Shown here: positions 21,070 to 31,028 of the stretch, piece by piece
Layout of the letters: every line of letters begins with the position of its first letter
Position numbering within the stretch: position 1 is the first letter of the stretch
From: Acidimicrobiaceae bacterium
GTDB taxonomy: Bacteria > Actinomycetota > Acidimicrobiia > Acidimicrobiales > Aldehydirespiratoraceae
NCBI GenBank assembly: GCA_028820455.1
Contig: JAPPJC010000001.1
Location: 1-59,347 of the forward strand
Length of the DNA stretch: 59,347 nt
Reading direction: 5' to 3'
Translations under genes and position numbers: made by a program
Notes under the pieces: generated by a model
What the model saw: the letters and a program-made list of their open reading frames with translations, nothing else
Told to the model about the DNA's origin: nothing
The model's database searches: none

Positions 21070-21826
21070 GGTAGACATCTTTACGATTTTCCCTGAACCA
21101 GTCGAGATGATGGCTTCACTTTCTGTGATAGGCAGAGCTCGCACTGCGGGAGTGTTGGACGTGCGCGTGCATGACCTACGAATGGCTACTACCGATAAGC
21201 ACCGCAGCGTTGATGACACCCCCCTTGGTGGAGGTGCTGGAATGGTAATGATGCCACAACCATTATTTGACGTAGTAGAAACCGTCAACCCTCGCCGTCC
21301 TTTACTAAGTCTCTCGCCTGCAGGACGACGTTTCGATCAAGACTGGGCAAAAGCATTAGCTGATTCGGATGGCTTCTCTTTATTGTGTGGGCGTTATGAA
21401 GGAATTGACGAACGGGTCAATGAACACTTAGCAGATGGTGAACTTTCAGTGGGAGACGTAGTATTAGCAGGCGGAGAAATAGCCGCTCTGCTGGTACTTG
21501 AGGCGGTGGGTAGATGTGTTCCGGGGGTTTTAGGTAATGAGGAGTCAACATCAACAGAATCTTTCAATGACGGATTGCTGGAATACCCGCAGTACACTCG
21601 CCCAGCACAATTTCGAGAATGGAACGCACCCGAGGTTTTGCTATCAGGAAATCACGCGCTCATAGCCGACTGGCGACATGCTCAAGCTTTGGCGCGCACT
21701 ATTGAACGACGTCCTGATCTTATCGCACTTCGCGGCGGCCTCTCCAAATCTGAACAACACCTTCTGCTCACCCACAACCTGCAAGAAGCACTCAACAAAT
21801 ACAACAACCCTGAGAGGCTGAAGTAA
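21059..21826 (+). CDS. trmD: tRNA (guanine-N1)-methyltransferase
   Basis: VDDTPLGGGAGMV, CGRYEGIDERV, LLEYPQYTRP. Confidence 0.97.
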   Translation: MGLRVDIFTIFPEPVEMMASLSVIGRARTAGVLDVRVHDLRMATTDKHRSVDDTPLGGGAGMVMMPQPLFDVVETVNPRRPLLSLSPAGRRFDQDWAKALADSDGFSLLCGRYEGIDERVNEHLADGELSVGDVVLAGGEIAALLVLEAVGRCVPGVLGNEESTSTESFNDGLLEYPQYTRPAQFREWNAPEVLLSGNHALIADWRHAQALARTIERRPDLIALRGGLSKSEQHLLLTHNLQEALNKYNNPERLK

Positions 21827-22002
21827 TGTCAGATGCTATAGTATTAAGGCAATATCAGAGCAGACACGTTGTATGCTTCTGCTAAGGTGTGCGCTAATAT
21901 CAAAGTTTCAAATGTCAACGTTTCAAAGACTTTGCACAGCTTCAAAGACTTTGCACAAAAACTGTAGCTCACAGGAGCCTGATCAACTGAGTGGAGGTAG
22001 CT

Positions 22003-22353
22003 ATGAACTCAACTGACCATATCGATGCGCAAAGCCTGCGCTCTGATATACCCGAGTTTTCCCCCGGCGACAAGATCAGAGTTCATGTACAAGTATTGGA
22101 AGGTGAACGTTCACGTACTCAAGTGTTCGAGGGGCACGTAATTCGCCGTCAAGGTAGCGGAGTTCGTGAAACTTTCACAGTGCGTAAGATGAGCTTCGGT
22201 GTCGGTGTAGAACGCACATTCCCTGTGCATGCTCCCACAATTGAGCAAATCCAGGTGGTATCCGAGGGTTCTGTGCGCCGAGCCAAACTCTACTATCTAC
22301 GCAACAGGATAGGCAAGGGTGCCAAAATCAAAGAAAAGCAGTCTTACAGATAA
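22003..22353 (+). CDS. rplS: 50S ribosomal protein L19
   Basis: [27 protein letters not shown]; GGAGG before ATG 22003. Confidence 0.97.
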   Translation: MNSTDHIDAQSLRSDIPEFSPGDKIRVHVQVLEGERSRTQVFEGHVIRRQGSGVRETFTVRKMSFGVGVERTFPVHAPTIEQIQVVSEGSVRRAKLYYLRNRIGKGAKIKEKQSYR

Positions 22354-22363
22354 CCCCGCTGAC

Positions 22364-22481
22364 CAGGTGGTAGACCTTTCAAAACAAGCCAGAGGCACCC
22401 GGGGTGACCCGCATACGCCGATCACGTTAGGCTAACTCAGGTGGTAGACCTTTCAAAACAAGCCAGAGGCACCTGGGGTGA
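22364..22481. repeat. 44-bp direct repeat pair, 74-nt period, covering the yraN start
   Basis: caggtggtagacctttcaaaacaagccagaggcacc(c/t)ggggtga at 22364-22407 and 22438-22481. Confidence 0.92.
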
Positions 22482-22785
22482 GCAAAGAGCAGCCCGATGG
22501 TATCAGGATGCTGGTTACACCATTCTTGAACGCAACTGGCGTACACGCACAGGCGAAATAGATCTTATAGTTCGCAACAACAATGAAATCGTTTTCTGCG
22601 AAGTGAAAGCACGACGTTCCAACAGTGTTGGCACTGCATCAGAAGCAGTAAACTGGCGGAAGCAAAAACGTATCCGAACATTAGCCGCACAATGGCTGAA
22701 AGAAAACAACCAGCACGGGCAAGTTCGTTTCGACGTTGTAGCTATAACAGGTAACCAGATCAACGTAATCGAAGCTGCCTTTTAG
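22441..22785 (+). CDS. YraN/UPF0102 family protein
   Basis: GEQRAA..Y, ERNWR..GEIDLI, FCEVKAR, RFDVV. Confidence 0.92.
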   Translation: MVDLSKQARGTWGEQRAARWYQDAGYTILERNWRTRTGEIDLIVRNNNEIVFCEVKARRSNSVGTASEAVNWRKQKRIRTLAAQWLKENNQHGQVRFDVVAITGNQINVIEAAF

Positions 22786-22842
22786 TGTCCGAGGTCACTT
22801 TTAATGTGGTCGAATAAGTGATCAAAAGTGCTTTTTGTTGCC

Positions 22843-22945
22843 TGAAGCCGCTTCCTGTACCCTCAGCCTCTTCCAAATCGTGTACGGCCGGACGTCGTGA
22901 CACAGGCTATGACCTTGAAGCCGCTTCCTGTACCCTCAGCCTCTT
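22843..22945. repeat. 30-bp direct repeat pair, 73-nt period
   Basis: tgaagccgcttcctgtaccctcagcctctt at 22843-22872 and 22916-22945. Confidence 0.9.
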
Positions 22946-22981
22946 GCATAACGGCTGCCACAACTGCTGCCAACAGTCTGT

Positions 22982-25900
22982 TCAGGCAATCCCGGCGAAC
23001 TTCAAATCGCAGCCAGGTCTTACTTCATTGGCTAAGCCAAGAAAATAGTCGTCGTCGATGTCCCAGGTGTGGCTTTCACCGTGACGCACTAGCATGTAGC
23101 CCATACCATGGGTGCGGTATATCTTCCCACCAACCAGAAGCGCATCATTGATCAAAGCACGATCAACTCCTTTGTGAATATGTTGCCATCCCGGAAAAGC
23201 GTCAAGGTGGTGACGGGCTATCATCATCGCCCCACCTGCGATAGTATGCGTGAACCGTTCACCTCCACCGGCAAAACGTTGGATAGTGCTATCCGCCTCA
23301 GCTAGGTAAACGTATTCTGCGCCTTTGCCCACAAGCATGGCATCAGAGTATTCGTAAGCCAACACTAAGTCCCACAGATGTTCCGGCCCATACAAGTCGT
23401 CGTCATCGAATTTAGTGATAAGCGTTCCTGAGGATTGACTGGTAGCAACATTCAGAACAGCTCCCAGAGGAAGACTTTCAGGTACGGCGACAACCTTATT
23501 GGGGCTGCTAACTTTTTCTAAAGTGTCGCTGACTTCAGCATTGTTGAAACCTTTGCCATGAAGAGCTAAGACAAGCTCTATTCTGGGATAGGTTTGCGCA
23601 GAAACAGCCTCCACCGCAGCAGCCAGACGATCAGGACGTCGAGTAGCCAAAAGCACCGACACTGTCGGCAGCGAAGGCACGGTAAAACTAGGATCAAGCA
23701 AACCAGGACCGGTAAACAGCTGACGAGTTCTTGCTTTTAAGGAATGCCTCTTGAGTGCGTTGCGACGCATAGCGACACTGAACGCTTCCCTAGTGTGACT
23801 GTCAGCTGTAACAACATTCGGGTCGGTCATCAGCGAGTGTAGCTCATCCCCAAGATAATCACATAGCTCCGGCTGGTCATCTGTGATATACACCACAGTT
23901 CCAGTAGCTGCCAACGACACCAGTAAACCACACCTCTGTACAATATCTTCATGATACTCAGCAGTGTCTTCAACATGATGTGCCCGGCGACACAACTTGG
24001 GCAAGTACATATGAGGATAAAACTGCGCAGTTCTGGTAATGCGCTGCGGTACTGGCAGATATTTTCGCGGTCCCAACGCCAATGCACCTCTACGGTGTTT
24101 GAAAAACCAGCCTTTAGGATTAAGCCTTTCAGCATCAAAAGCAGGCACTGAGAGGTAAGGTGGTAAATCCGACAGTACCGCTACCCGCACAGACGATTCC
24201 AACTGCAAGCCTGCTACTAGTTCTGCTGTGTCGGCAAGCAGTGCTTGCACGTTTTGAAGACTGTTTCGAGAGTTGCCTTTGCGACTGCTTTGCAGAACGC
24301 TGTCGACACAAATCACATTATCAGAAGCCGCTAAAACAGCATCGGAATGCGAGCCCGCAGTTGCAATCACCGCGCCAAGCCTGTACTGCGCTGAAGATGC
24401 CGAAACGGCTTTACGTGCTATGCTGCGCGCCCAGAGCAGCAGCTGCTCTGACACGCTGGCATGCTTGCTGGCTATGTATTCGAACTTGTTAGGTGATAGG
24501 CGGTATTCCTGCAGTATTCTGCGAATACCAGCAGCCGCCTGCTTGTATATGATGTCCTTGGTTTTGAATACACGCCAGAATATGCCCATGCATCTTCGTA
24601 TTCTTCTTATCGACCACAGGCTTTTCCATCTCATAGCCCGAAAAACCCAGAAGAGCATGCCTTTAGCAAGGTTTATCTTGCTGATCATCTGTTGGGCGCG
24701 TTTCTTGAATGCTCTTTGGGGTTTTTTGGGGACCCATTCCAGCAAGCTATTCTCTAGCCACTCTTTGGCGCGTTTCTTAAACGTTTTTTGGAGTTTTTGA
24801 GATGCTGCCTGAAGACGTTGAGAGGATTTCGGGAGGGATGTAATGCCAACTGTTTGGGAGTCTAACCATATCGTGTGGCAGAGTTCACGGGGGTCAACCT
24901 CACAACGAGCCGCCTTATGCAAAACCCGAGCACGCACAATCTCTACAATGGAACCGTCGTTCAGCTTCACAGCCCCACGGGAAGCTAAGCCCAACTCTTC
25001 GCGCAACTTAGCCACAGAATCGCCACCGACTCTAGTGCCTGCCGGAATGGTGACATGGAAAGCCGCAGCAGGAAAAGCTGTAATAGCATCTTCGCCCACA
25101 CCGAAACGCACTCTAGGATCACCCGACAGCAACCTACGAAAACGTTCAAATTCGGGATCCACTCCAGAAGTCACACCACTGTCTGCGAACAAACCTCCCG
25201 AATCTGGTGTTTCCACCCAAACCACTAGGTCATGAACCGTGCTAGCCAGTATTTCCTCAACGGTGACCAACTGGGAGTCGTAGTCAGTGCCACTATGACG
25301 AACATTTACCACATATTGAGGTACTGTAAAACTTCTACCAGGAGTAGCACTCCTAAAACCATGATGAGCTATCAGCTGGGAGATCTTAGCCCTCTGCAGC
25401 TCTAAGCTTTGAGATTCTGATTCGCTGGGAGAAGCCCCCACTCCCTGATGCCAGCACAACGCAGACCGAACCGGTACCAGCAAAGCTCCCTGAGTGAAAG
25501 CTCTGTACCCGAACTCTGTGTCTTCTGCACCCCACTGTGTGAACGTCTCATCATACCCCCCAATCCATTCAAAGAAAAAACGTGACACTCCCAGATTTCC
25601 ACCTGTAACCATCCGAAAAAGATCATCGTCATCAGAGGCTAAATCATCCGTGCGAGTCATATGAAACTCGATCCACTCGGGGCGCGACGAAGGCCGTCCG
25701 TCAGCAGTGAGAAGATCACCCAAAGTACCTGAACGGCGAAGTATCGAGCTGGAGTTTATGCCTGCAACATCCACATGCATTCTAAACCCGAGAGTGAGCA
25801 CATCACTTGCCGCATGATGCCAACGACTGTGTTCTGCCAGCCAGTTCGCTTCAGGCATCATATCACAATCCAAAAAAACGATAATGTCACCCGAAGCGGC

Positions 25901-26254
25901 TCGAACCCCTGTGTTGCGCGCCCGCGCCAACCCGAAACCACGATCCTCCTGATGCACCACTTGAACATTCAAAGCAGTTTTTTCGGGCTGCTGTAAAGGA
26001 ATACGCGATCCGTCATCTACTATGACAACCTCAAAAAGTTCTTTGGGGTATTTTTGGCTTTCAAGGGCAGCCAACGTGAGCTGCAAGGCATGAGGTGCTT
26101 CGTAATAGGGGATAACCACGCTAACGAATATCGACGGCTCGAACTGTGACAGAGAAGCAACGCTCAGAGAAGGCCAGTCGTTGCCTTTTGCATCAGCCGG
26201 TAACACCCACGACAAAGCTTTGGATACGCGGCTCATTGCAACAGCGCATTCCAC
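22982..26254 (-). CDS. large glycosyltransferase with two GT2-like domains
   Basis: VSVVIPYY..VVIVDDGS..ARARNTG..FLDCD..WGAEDTE; second domain VSVLLATRRP..KFDDDDLYG. Confidence 0.85.
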   Translation of the reverse strand: MECAVAMSRVSKALSWVLPADAKGNDWPSLSVASLSQFEPSIFVSVVIPYYEAPHALQLTLAALESQKYPKELFEVVIVDDGSRIPLQQPEKTALNVQVVHQEDRGFGLARARNTGVRAASGDIIVFLDCDMMPEANWLAEHSRWHHAASDVLTLGFRMHVDVAGINSSSILRRSGTLGDLLTADGRPSSRPEWIEFHMTRTDDLASDDDDLFRMVTGGNLGVSRFFFEWIGGYDETFTQWGAEDTEFGYRAFTQGALLVPVRSALCWHQGVGASPSESESQSLELQRAKISQLIAHHGFRSATPGRSFTVPQYVVNVRHSGTDYDSQLVTVEEILASTVHDLVVWVETPDSGGLFADSGVTSGVDPEFERFRRLLSGDPRVRFGVGEDAITAFPAAAFHVTIPAGTRVGGDSVAKLREELGLASRGAVKLNDGSIVEIVRARVLHKAARCEVDPRELCHTIWLDSQTVGITSLPKSSQRLQAASQKLQKTFKKRAKEWLENSLLEWVPKKPQRAFKKRAQQMISKINLAKGMLFWVFRAMRWKSLWSIRRIRRCMGIFWRVFKTKDIIYKQAAAGIRRILQEYRLSPNKFEYIASKHASVSEQLLLWARSIARKAVSASSAQYRLGAVIATAGSHSDAVLAASDNVICVDSVLQSSRKGNSRNSLQNVQALLADTAELVAGLQLESSVRVAVLSDLPPYLSVPAFDAERLNPKGWFFKHRRGALALGPRKYLPVPQRITRTAQFYPHMYLPKLCRRAHHVEDTAEYHEDIVQRCGLLVSLAATGTVVYITDDQPELCDYLGDELHSLMTDPNVVTADSHTREAFSVAMRRNALKRHSLKARTRQLFTGPGLLDPSFTVPSLPTVSVLLATRRPDRLAAAVEAVSAQTYPRIELVLALHGKGFNNAEVSDTLEKVSSPNKVVAVPESLPLGAVLNVATSQSSGTLITKFDDDDLYGPEHLWDLVLAYEYSDAMLVGKGAEYVYLAEADSTIQRFAGGGERFTHTIAGGAMMIARHHLDAFPGWQHIHKGVDRALINDALLVGGKIYRTHGMGYMLVRHGESHTWDIDDDYFLGLANEVRPGCDLKFAGIA

Positions 26255-26260
26255 GGCAAC

Positions 26261-28150
26261 TCACTGCCCGGCAATGTATTCTCCCAGCAATGCTTTACCG
26301 TGCACAACCAGATATTCACCTCGCTCGACTACGGGGTTTTCCAGTGCTTCAGGAAGGATGCTTCCCCGGGCAAAATCGGGGATCCGGCGATTGCGATGTA
26401 TCATCACTAGATCATCATCCGATAGGTGTTCGAACTCATTTTCGCTGACAAGTCTACCGACAGGCTCATCAAGAATGTAGCTGACCCAAAGAGGCGAACT
26501 GCCCAAATTCAAAGTCCATATGCGGACGTTTCCTTCAATGTGTCCCTCGTCGTGCAGATCTTGCAGTATGGCACCTGCTTCTGCAGGGCCGGTGAGACGA
26601 CTGTGTCTGATATCCCCTGAGAGCAATCCAATGAAACCCCAAACGATCAGCAGCAACACCCCGAAACCTGCACTCCGAATTGTCAAGGCGGCCACAGACT
26701 CTTTGTGGATCAGTTTACGTCTTGTGTGTCTTGTGTTTTTCAAGCTACGTTTCGTGTCTGTTAAAACATTGAGGGTCATCCGGCTGAAAAGATCAAAACT
26801 CGCCGCTAAGCCTAGAGTGACAGGTGCAAGCCACGGAAAATTCCATAGCCTGTGAGTCCAAGCTCCCTGTTGCAATCCAAAAGTCATAAACGCAGCCACC
26901 AAAGCAGTAACGGCGACAGCTATTCTTGTCCTGCGGTCAATCAAGCCGATAAGTAAAACCGGCAGCCCCAGCAAACGCAGCCACAACGGTGTGAACTCGC
27001 TTACGAAATCCCATTGACGTGCCAGAAACTCAGTGAAAGTGAAAGCTGCGGTTCCCGTTGCGGCTGAGTTGCTGTTTGTGCGCAACCGTACACGTTCGAT
27101 TAGTTCAGCTATGTCGGTAGCGTTCAAAACCCAAAACGCAGTCACAAGCCCACCCAGCAGAACACCCAGCAACAATATTTGAAAAACAGGAGAACGTTTA
27201 GCCATACGGCATTTTCGTATTCCATGACAAAACCACTGTTTCACCAGACCAAACCGCTGGAGTTGCTGCTGTGATCGCCATTGCGATTGCTGTTGTGGTG
27301 ACATACCGTTAAGCGAACCTTCAGTAAACGAGCTTTTAGAACCATCGAATGAGCTTTTCGGGTTGCCCACCCAGCCAAAAAATACGCAAAACATAAGCAT
27401 CATCAGCGAAGCTAAAGCTATCCAAGATTGCATAGCAGTAAAAGCAAAAAGTATCATACCCCCACCCACAACCCACGAACTAGGCCTATTGTGTTTGTTG
27501 GCTTTGGATTTGCCCGGTTGGAGCTCACTTTCACCAAATCCAACTCTGGCGAATCCAACTCTGTCACTTAGCCAGAATGTCGCCGCGATTGAAGCCACGA
27601 TCAGTGAATAGCCTACACCGATGCGGCCGTATACGTAAAAAAAACCACTACTTGCCATCGCTGCCACAGAAAGCAAAATCGGCCCCCAAGCCAACCTCCG
27701 AACACGCAGTAAGGCAGCCATGAAAACGATCGTTGCTGCGCCCATCATAAATCCCGGCATCCGCAGACCAACAAGATTATCGCCGAACACTCCGACAGAA
27801 GCTACTATTGCAAACACCTGCAGAGGTGGATGATGAGCATAAGTGAACGCAGCCAGCGGCGCGGCATCCCCGGGTAGGATATTGTATTCAAAACGTGTGT
27901 AAGGCTCCAGCAAAGCCCCGAAACGTGATCGTACTAGGCCCAACTCCCAGAAGTTGCGTGCCTGCAAACCAAAACGGGCGAGAATACGGCCATCGTCACT
28001 GTCACCGAGAGGCAAAAACAAATCGGGAAGCCAGGCAGCGCACATTAGTAGAGCCAGCAAAGCCACTGCCGACCATCCCAACAGCGTCGACCGTCTCGAC
28101 AGTGTCGACAACCATTCCGGCAGTCTTCCTAAAATCCGTTGCACAATCAC
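26261..28150 (-). CDS. polytopic membrane protein, possible GT-C glycosyltransferase
   Basis: Multiple TM segments, GDSDDGR acidic loop, YAHHPPL motif; adjacent to GT2 gene. Confidence 0.6.
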   Translation of the reverse strand: MIVQRILGRLPEWLSTLSRRSTLLGWSAVALLALLMCAAWLPDLFLPLGDSDDGRILARFGLQARNFWELGLVRSRFGALLEPYTRFEYNILPGDAAPLAAFTYAHHPPLQVFAIVASVGVFGDNLVGLRMPGFMMGAATIVFMAALLRVRRLAWGPILLSVAAMASSGFFYVYGRIGVGYSLIVASIAATFWLSDRVGFARVGFGESELQPGKSKANKHNRPSSWVVGGGMILFAFTAMQSWIALASLMMLMFCVFFGWVGNPKSSFDGSKSSFTEGSLNGMSPQQQSQWRSQQQLQRFGLVKQWFCHGIRKCRMAKRSPVFQILLLGVLLGGLVTAFWVLNATDIAELIERVRLRTNSNSAATGTAAFTFTEFLARQWDFVSEFTPLWLRLLGLPVLLIGLIDRRTRIAVAVTALVAAFMTFGLQQGAWTHRLWNFPWLAPVTLGLAASFDLFSRMTLNVLTDTKRSLKNTRHTRRKLIHKESVAALTIRSAGFGVLLLIVWGFIGLLSGDIRHSRLTGPAEAGAILQDLHDEGHIEGNVRIWTLNLGSSPLWVSYILDEPVGRLVSENEFEHLSDDDLVMIHRNRRIPDFARGSILPEALENPVVERGEYLVVHGKALLGEYIAGQ

Positions 28151-28226
28151 AGTAAGTTACTAGCAGTAAGGTTATAATAAGCAACCGGATGTTAAGTTCG
28201 TGAAGGTGTAATAGTATGGGAGTCCG

Positions 28227-28685
28227 GTGGTTGCTTTTATTCTATCGATAATAATAACTATCATGCTTATTGGGATGATACTCGCGTATATGAAACGCAG
28301 GCCAGCAGACGCACATCTCAGTTGGGGGGAAGCCATGCTAGGGGCTATGTTCGTGTTTTTGTTGCTGTTTTGGGTTTACGGAGTCGTGCCTCACCAGTGG
28401 TTGACATGGGCCGACAACGAATTGAACTGGCGTTCCGACAAGCTATTCGTTGGCCTTGGTGCTATCTTTGAAGCCCAGGAATACGGCGGCTCTATTCCGT
28501 TTACAATTACTTACGTAGCGATTCGAGATGTTATCGCAGTAGCCATATACGGAATCGCTATTGGGGGTAACATTGCCTTGTGGATGATGTGGCAGAATAG
28601 AGGCAAAGCCAAACGCAGAACAGAAGAGCTGTCTAGTTTCGGTCGCCCACTGATACGCGAAGGAACTGAAGTAAAAAAAGACTAG
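28227..28685 (+). CDS. membrane protein of the cytochrome bc-type cluster
   Basis: Three hydrophobic helices; first gene of a co-directional respiratory cluster. Confidence 0.65.
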   Translation: MVAFILSIIITIMLIGMILAYMKRRPADAHLSWGEAMLGAMFVFLLLFWVYGVVPHQWLTWADNELNWRSDKLFVGLGAIFEAQEYGGSIPFTITYVAIRDVIAVAIYGIAIGGNIALWMMWQNRGKAKRRTEELSSFGRPLIREGTEVKKD

Positions 28686-28689
28686 TGTT

Positions 28690-29106
28690 ATGACTACTAC
28701 AGACGCTAACCCTCCAATGCCAGAGTTTCGTGACGACTACGTGCTGCATGAAGTGGATGCTAACTGGCTTTCACAAGCTGTTAGACCAAAACAATTCATC
28801 CACATCGACCAGTCTGAGTGCATTATGTGTGAAGGCTGTGTTGACATCTGTCCTTGGAAGTGCATTTTCATGGTGTCCCCCGATGCGGTTGACGAAGCAG
28901 TGGGCACCGAACTTCCTGGCACCGATCCCAGCGATCATGTTATATTCACTATAGACGACGATGTTTGCACCCGCTGTGCGTTATGTGTGGATCGTTGCCC
29001 AACCGGTGTGATAATTCTCGGCAAGGTAGACGATCCACCGCCCGAAGGGGACCGCGGTCAGCGCACTAATTCTCACGGATACGGATACGGAATGCGCCTG
29101 GCATAA
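28690..29106 (+). CDS. 2x[4Fe-4S] ferredoxin
   Basis: CIMCEGCVDICP and CTRCALCVDRCP. Confidence 0.92.
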   Translation: MTTTDANPPMPEFRDDYVLHEVDANWLSQAVRPKQFIHIDQSECIMCEGCVDICPWKCIFMVSPDAVDEAVGTELPGTDPSDHVIFTIDDDVCTRCALCVDRCPTGVIILGKVDDPPPEGDRGQRTNSHGYGYGMRLA

Positions 29107-29337
29107 CGAAGCATAACGGAAGCATGGATACACAGACAACGCAGTAGACCACGAGCATACATGAGTAGTAAGCCGCAAAACACGACATCGGAAACAACAC
29201 TTTAGAAGAAGCGACAATTCAAAAGATTTAGAATACGTCTTATATGCCAAGTACTCTTAGTATAAGCAACGACATGTGCTGGTGAACTGACATATGCTAT
29301 ATGCTAATTGACATATGCCAATCAACGAGAAAAACAC

Positions 29338-30108
29338 ATGAAATCCCCAATCCATAGTCTGCCTGAACATTTACGCACTATTAGCGACCGAGTGAAAAAG
29401 TCGCAGGCCTGGACATCGATATTCCGTCCAGGGTCGATATTCCGTCCAGGGTACACCGACAACCCCCGCAACCGCTCATACGTCATCATGAACAGCGTGC
29501 TCTACCACCTTCATCCTGTGAAAGTGAAACGCCACGCAGTGAAAGTCAGTTATACGCTATGTCTTGGAGGATTGAGTTTTTTCCTGTTTATCCTCCTTAC
29601 CGTAACCGGTATTTTTCTGATGTTCTTTTATCGTCCTACCGCCGCGCAGGCATGGGACGACATTTACGCACTGCAAACCTCGGTCACGTTCGGGCTTTTA
29701 GTCCGCAACATGCATCGCTGGGCAGCTCATTTAATGGTGTTGTCGGTGTTTTTGCACATGGCTCGAGTTTTTTACCACGGTGCATACAAACCACCTCGAG
29801 AGTTCAACTGGGTTATCGGTGTCATCCTGCTGAAACTCACTTTGCTGTTATCGTTCACCGGCTACTTGCTGCCATGGGATCAACTAGCATTATGGGCTGT
29901 TACCGTCGGTACAAACATGATGGGCTATACTCCCGTATTCGGAGATCAAGTACGTTTCGTACTGCTAGGCGGAGTGGAAATCGGCACTGATACGCTGTTG
30001 AGATGGTATGTGCTACACGTTTTGATGCTGCCCTTTGTGATCGTGATATTTATGGCAATTCACTTTTGGCGCGTCCGTAAAGACGGGGGCATATCAGGCC
30101 CACTTTAA
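29338..30108 (+). CDS. cytochrome b (b6-like N-terminal subunit)
   Basis: YTLCLGGLSF, RNMHRWAAH..LHMARVF, TGYLLPWDQ, WYVLHV, C-terminal GISGPL. Confidence 0.92.
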   Translation: MKSPIHSLPEHLRTISDRVKKSQAWTSIFRPGSIFRPGYTDNPRNRSYVIMNSVLYHLHPVKVKRHAVKVSYTLCLGGLSFFLFILLTVTGIFLMFFYRPTAAQAWDDIYALQTSVTFGLLVRNMHRWAAHLMVLSVFLHMARVFYHGAYKPPREFNWVIGVILLKLTLLLSFTGYLLPWDQLALWAVTVGTNMMGYTPVFGDQVRFVLLGGVEIGTDTLLRWYVLHVLMLPFVIVIFMAIHFWRVRKDGGISGPL

Positions 30109-30173
30109 ACCCACAAACAACCCCCACCACCATCCCACACCTGAATGATAAACGAATTGTAAACACTGAAACT

Positions 30174-30992
30174 ATGGTAGAAATCCCTGAACATCTTCTT
30201 CGACGAGCAGCAGAAGCTCGAGCCAAAGCCGAAGCAGCTAAGACCTCAAAATCTGGTACAACTGCACAAACAGCAGACGCTGCCACCACGACGAGCACGA
30301 CAAACACTGCGGAGTCTGACTCCGCAAGTACTAGTAAAATCCCCGCTCACCTGCTCGAAAGATCACAAGCAGCTCGCGCTGCTTCAGCTGCTTCAGAAGC
30401 CGGCCCAACATCAGCTACCGCTGATACAAACACGAAAATCCCTGTTCAACCACCTACCAAGCGAACCACGCCTACTGGCACTCTTACTGGCCCAGCAGGA
30501 CACACACAGCGTTTGCTGACAGTAGTCAAATCCGGATCGATACAAGACGTTAAAGCCAAGCCGCAAGACAAAGTACACGTCTGGCCTCACCTGCTTGCTG
30601 CTGAGTTCGTGTCAACTCTGGTTATCACTGCGTTTGTGTTTTTGTTCTCGGTTTTTGTGAACGCTCCCCTATTGGAACTAGCCAACTTCAACCAAACACC
30701 AAACCCTTCAAAAGCCCCCTGGTATTTTCTCGGGCTACAAGAACTTCTGACGATGTTCCATCCGATGGTGGCAGGAGTGACCATACCCGGTGTCGGACTA
30801 CTGATACTGATGCTCGCTCCTTACATCGACAAGAATCCCTCGAAAGCACCAGAAGACCGTAAGTTCGCCATCAGTCTTATGACCATCCACTTGATGTTTT
30901 GGGCTGTACTGGTGATGATTGGATCTTTCTTTCGAGGCCCGGGGTTTAATTTTGTTTTCCCATGGGATGCAGGCTTGTTTTTTGAGTTGTGA
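30174..30992 (+). CDS. cytochrome b C-terminal subunit (subunit IV-like)
   Basis: VWPHLL, TPNPSKAPWYFLGLQE, PYIDKNP; low-complexity N-terminus. Confidence 0.85.
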   Translation: MVEIPEHLLRRAAEARAKAEAAKTSKSGTTAQTADAATTTSTTNTAESDSASTSKIPAHLLERSQAARAASAASEAGPTSATADTNTKIPVQPPTKRTTPTGTLTGPAGHTQRLLTVVKSGSIQDVKAKPQDKVHVWPHLLAAEFVSTLVITAFVFLFSVFVNAPLLELANFNQTPNPSKAPWYFLGLQELLTMFHPMVAGVTIPGVGLLILMLAPYIDKNPSKAPEDRKFAISLMTIHLMFWAVLVMIGSFFRGPGFNFVFPWDAGLFFEL

Positions 30993-31028
30993 GTCGTAAT
31001 ACAAACAACGTGCTGCAGGAGCTTTAGA

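Noticed and set aside
29415-29451. 18-nt tandem (SIFRPG twice) in cytochrome b
   Set aside because: Short, in frame, not of the 70-75 nt class, and possibly ancestral in this family.
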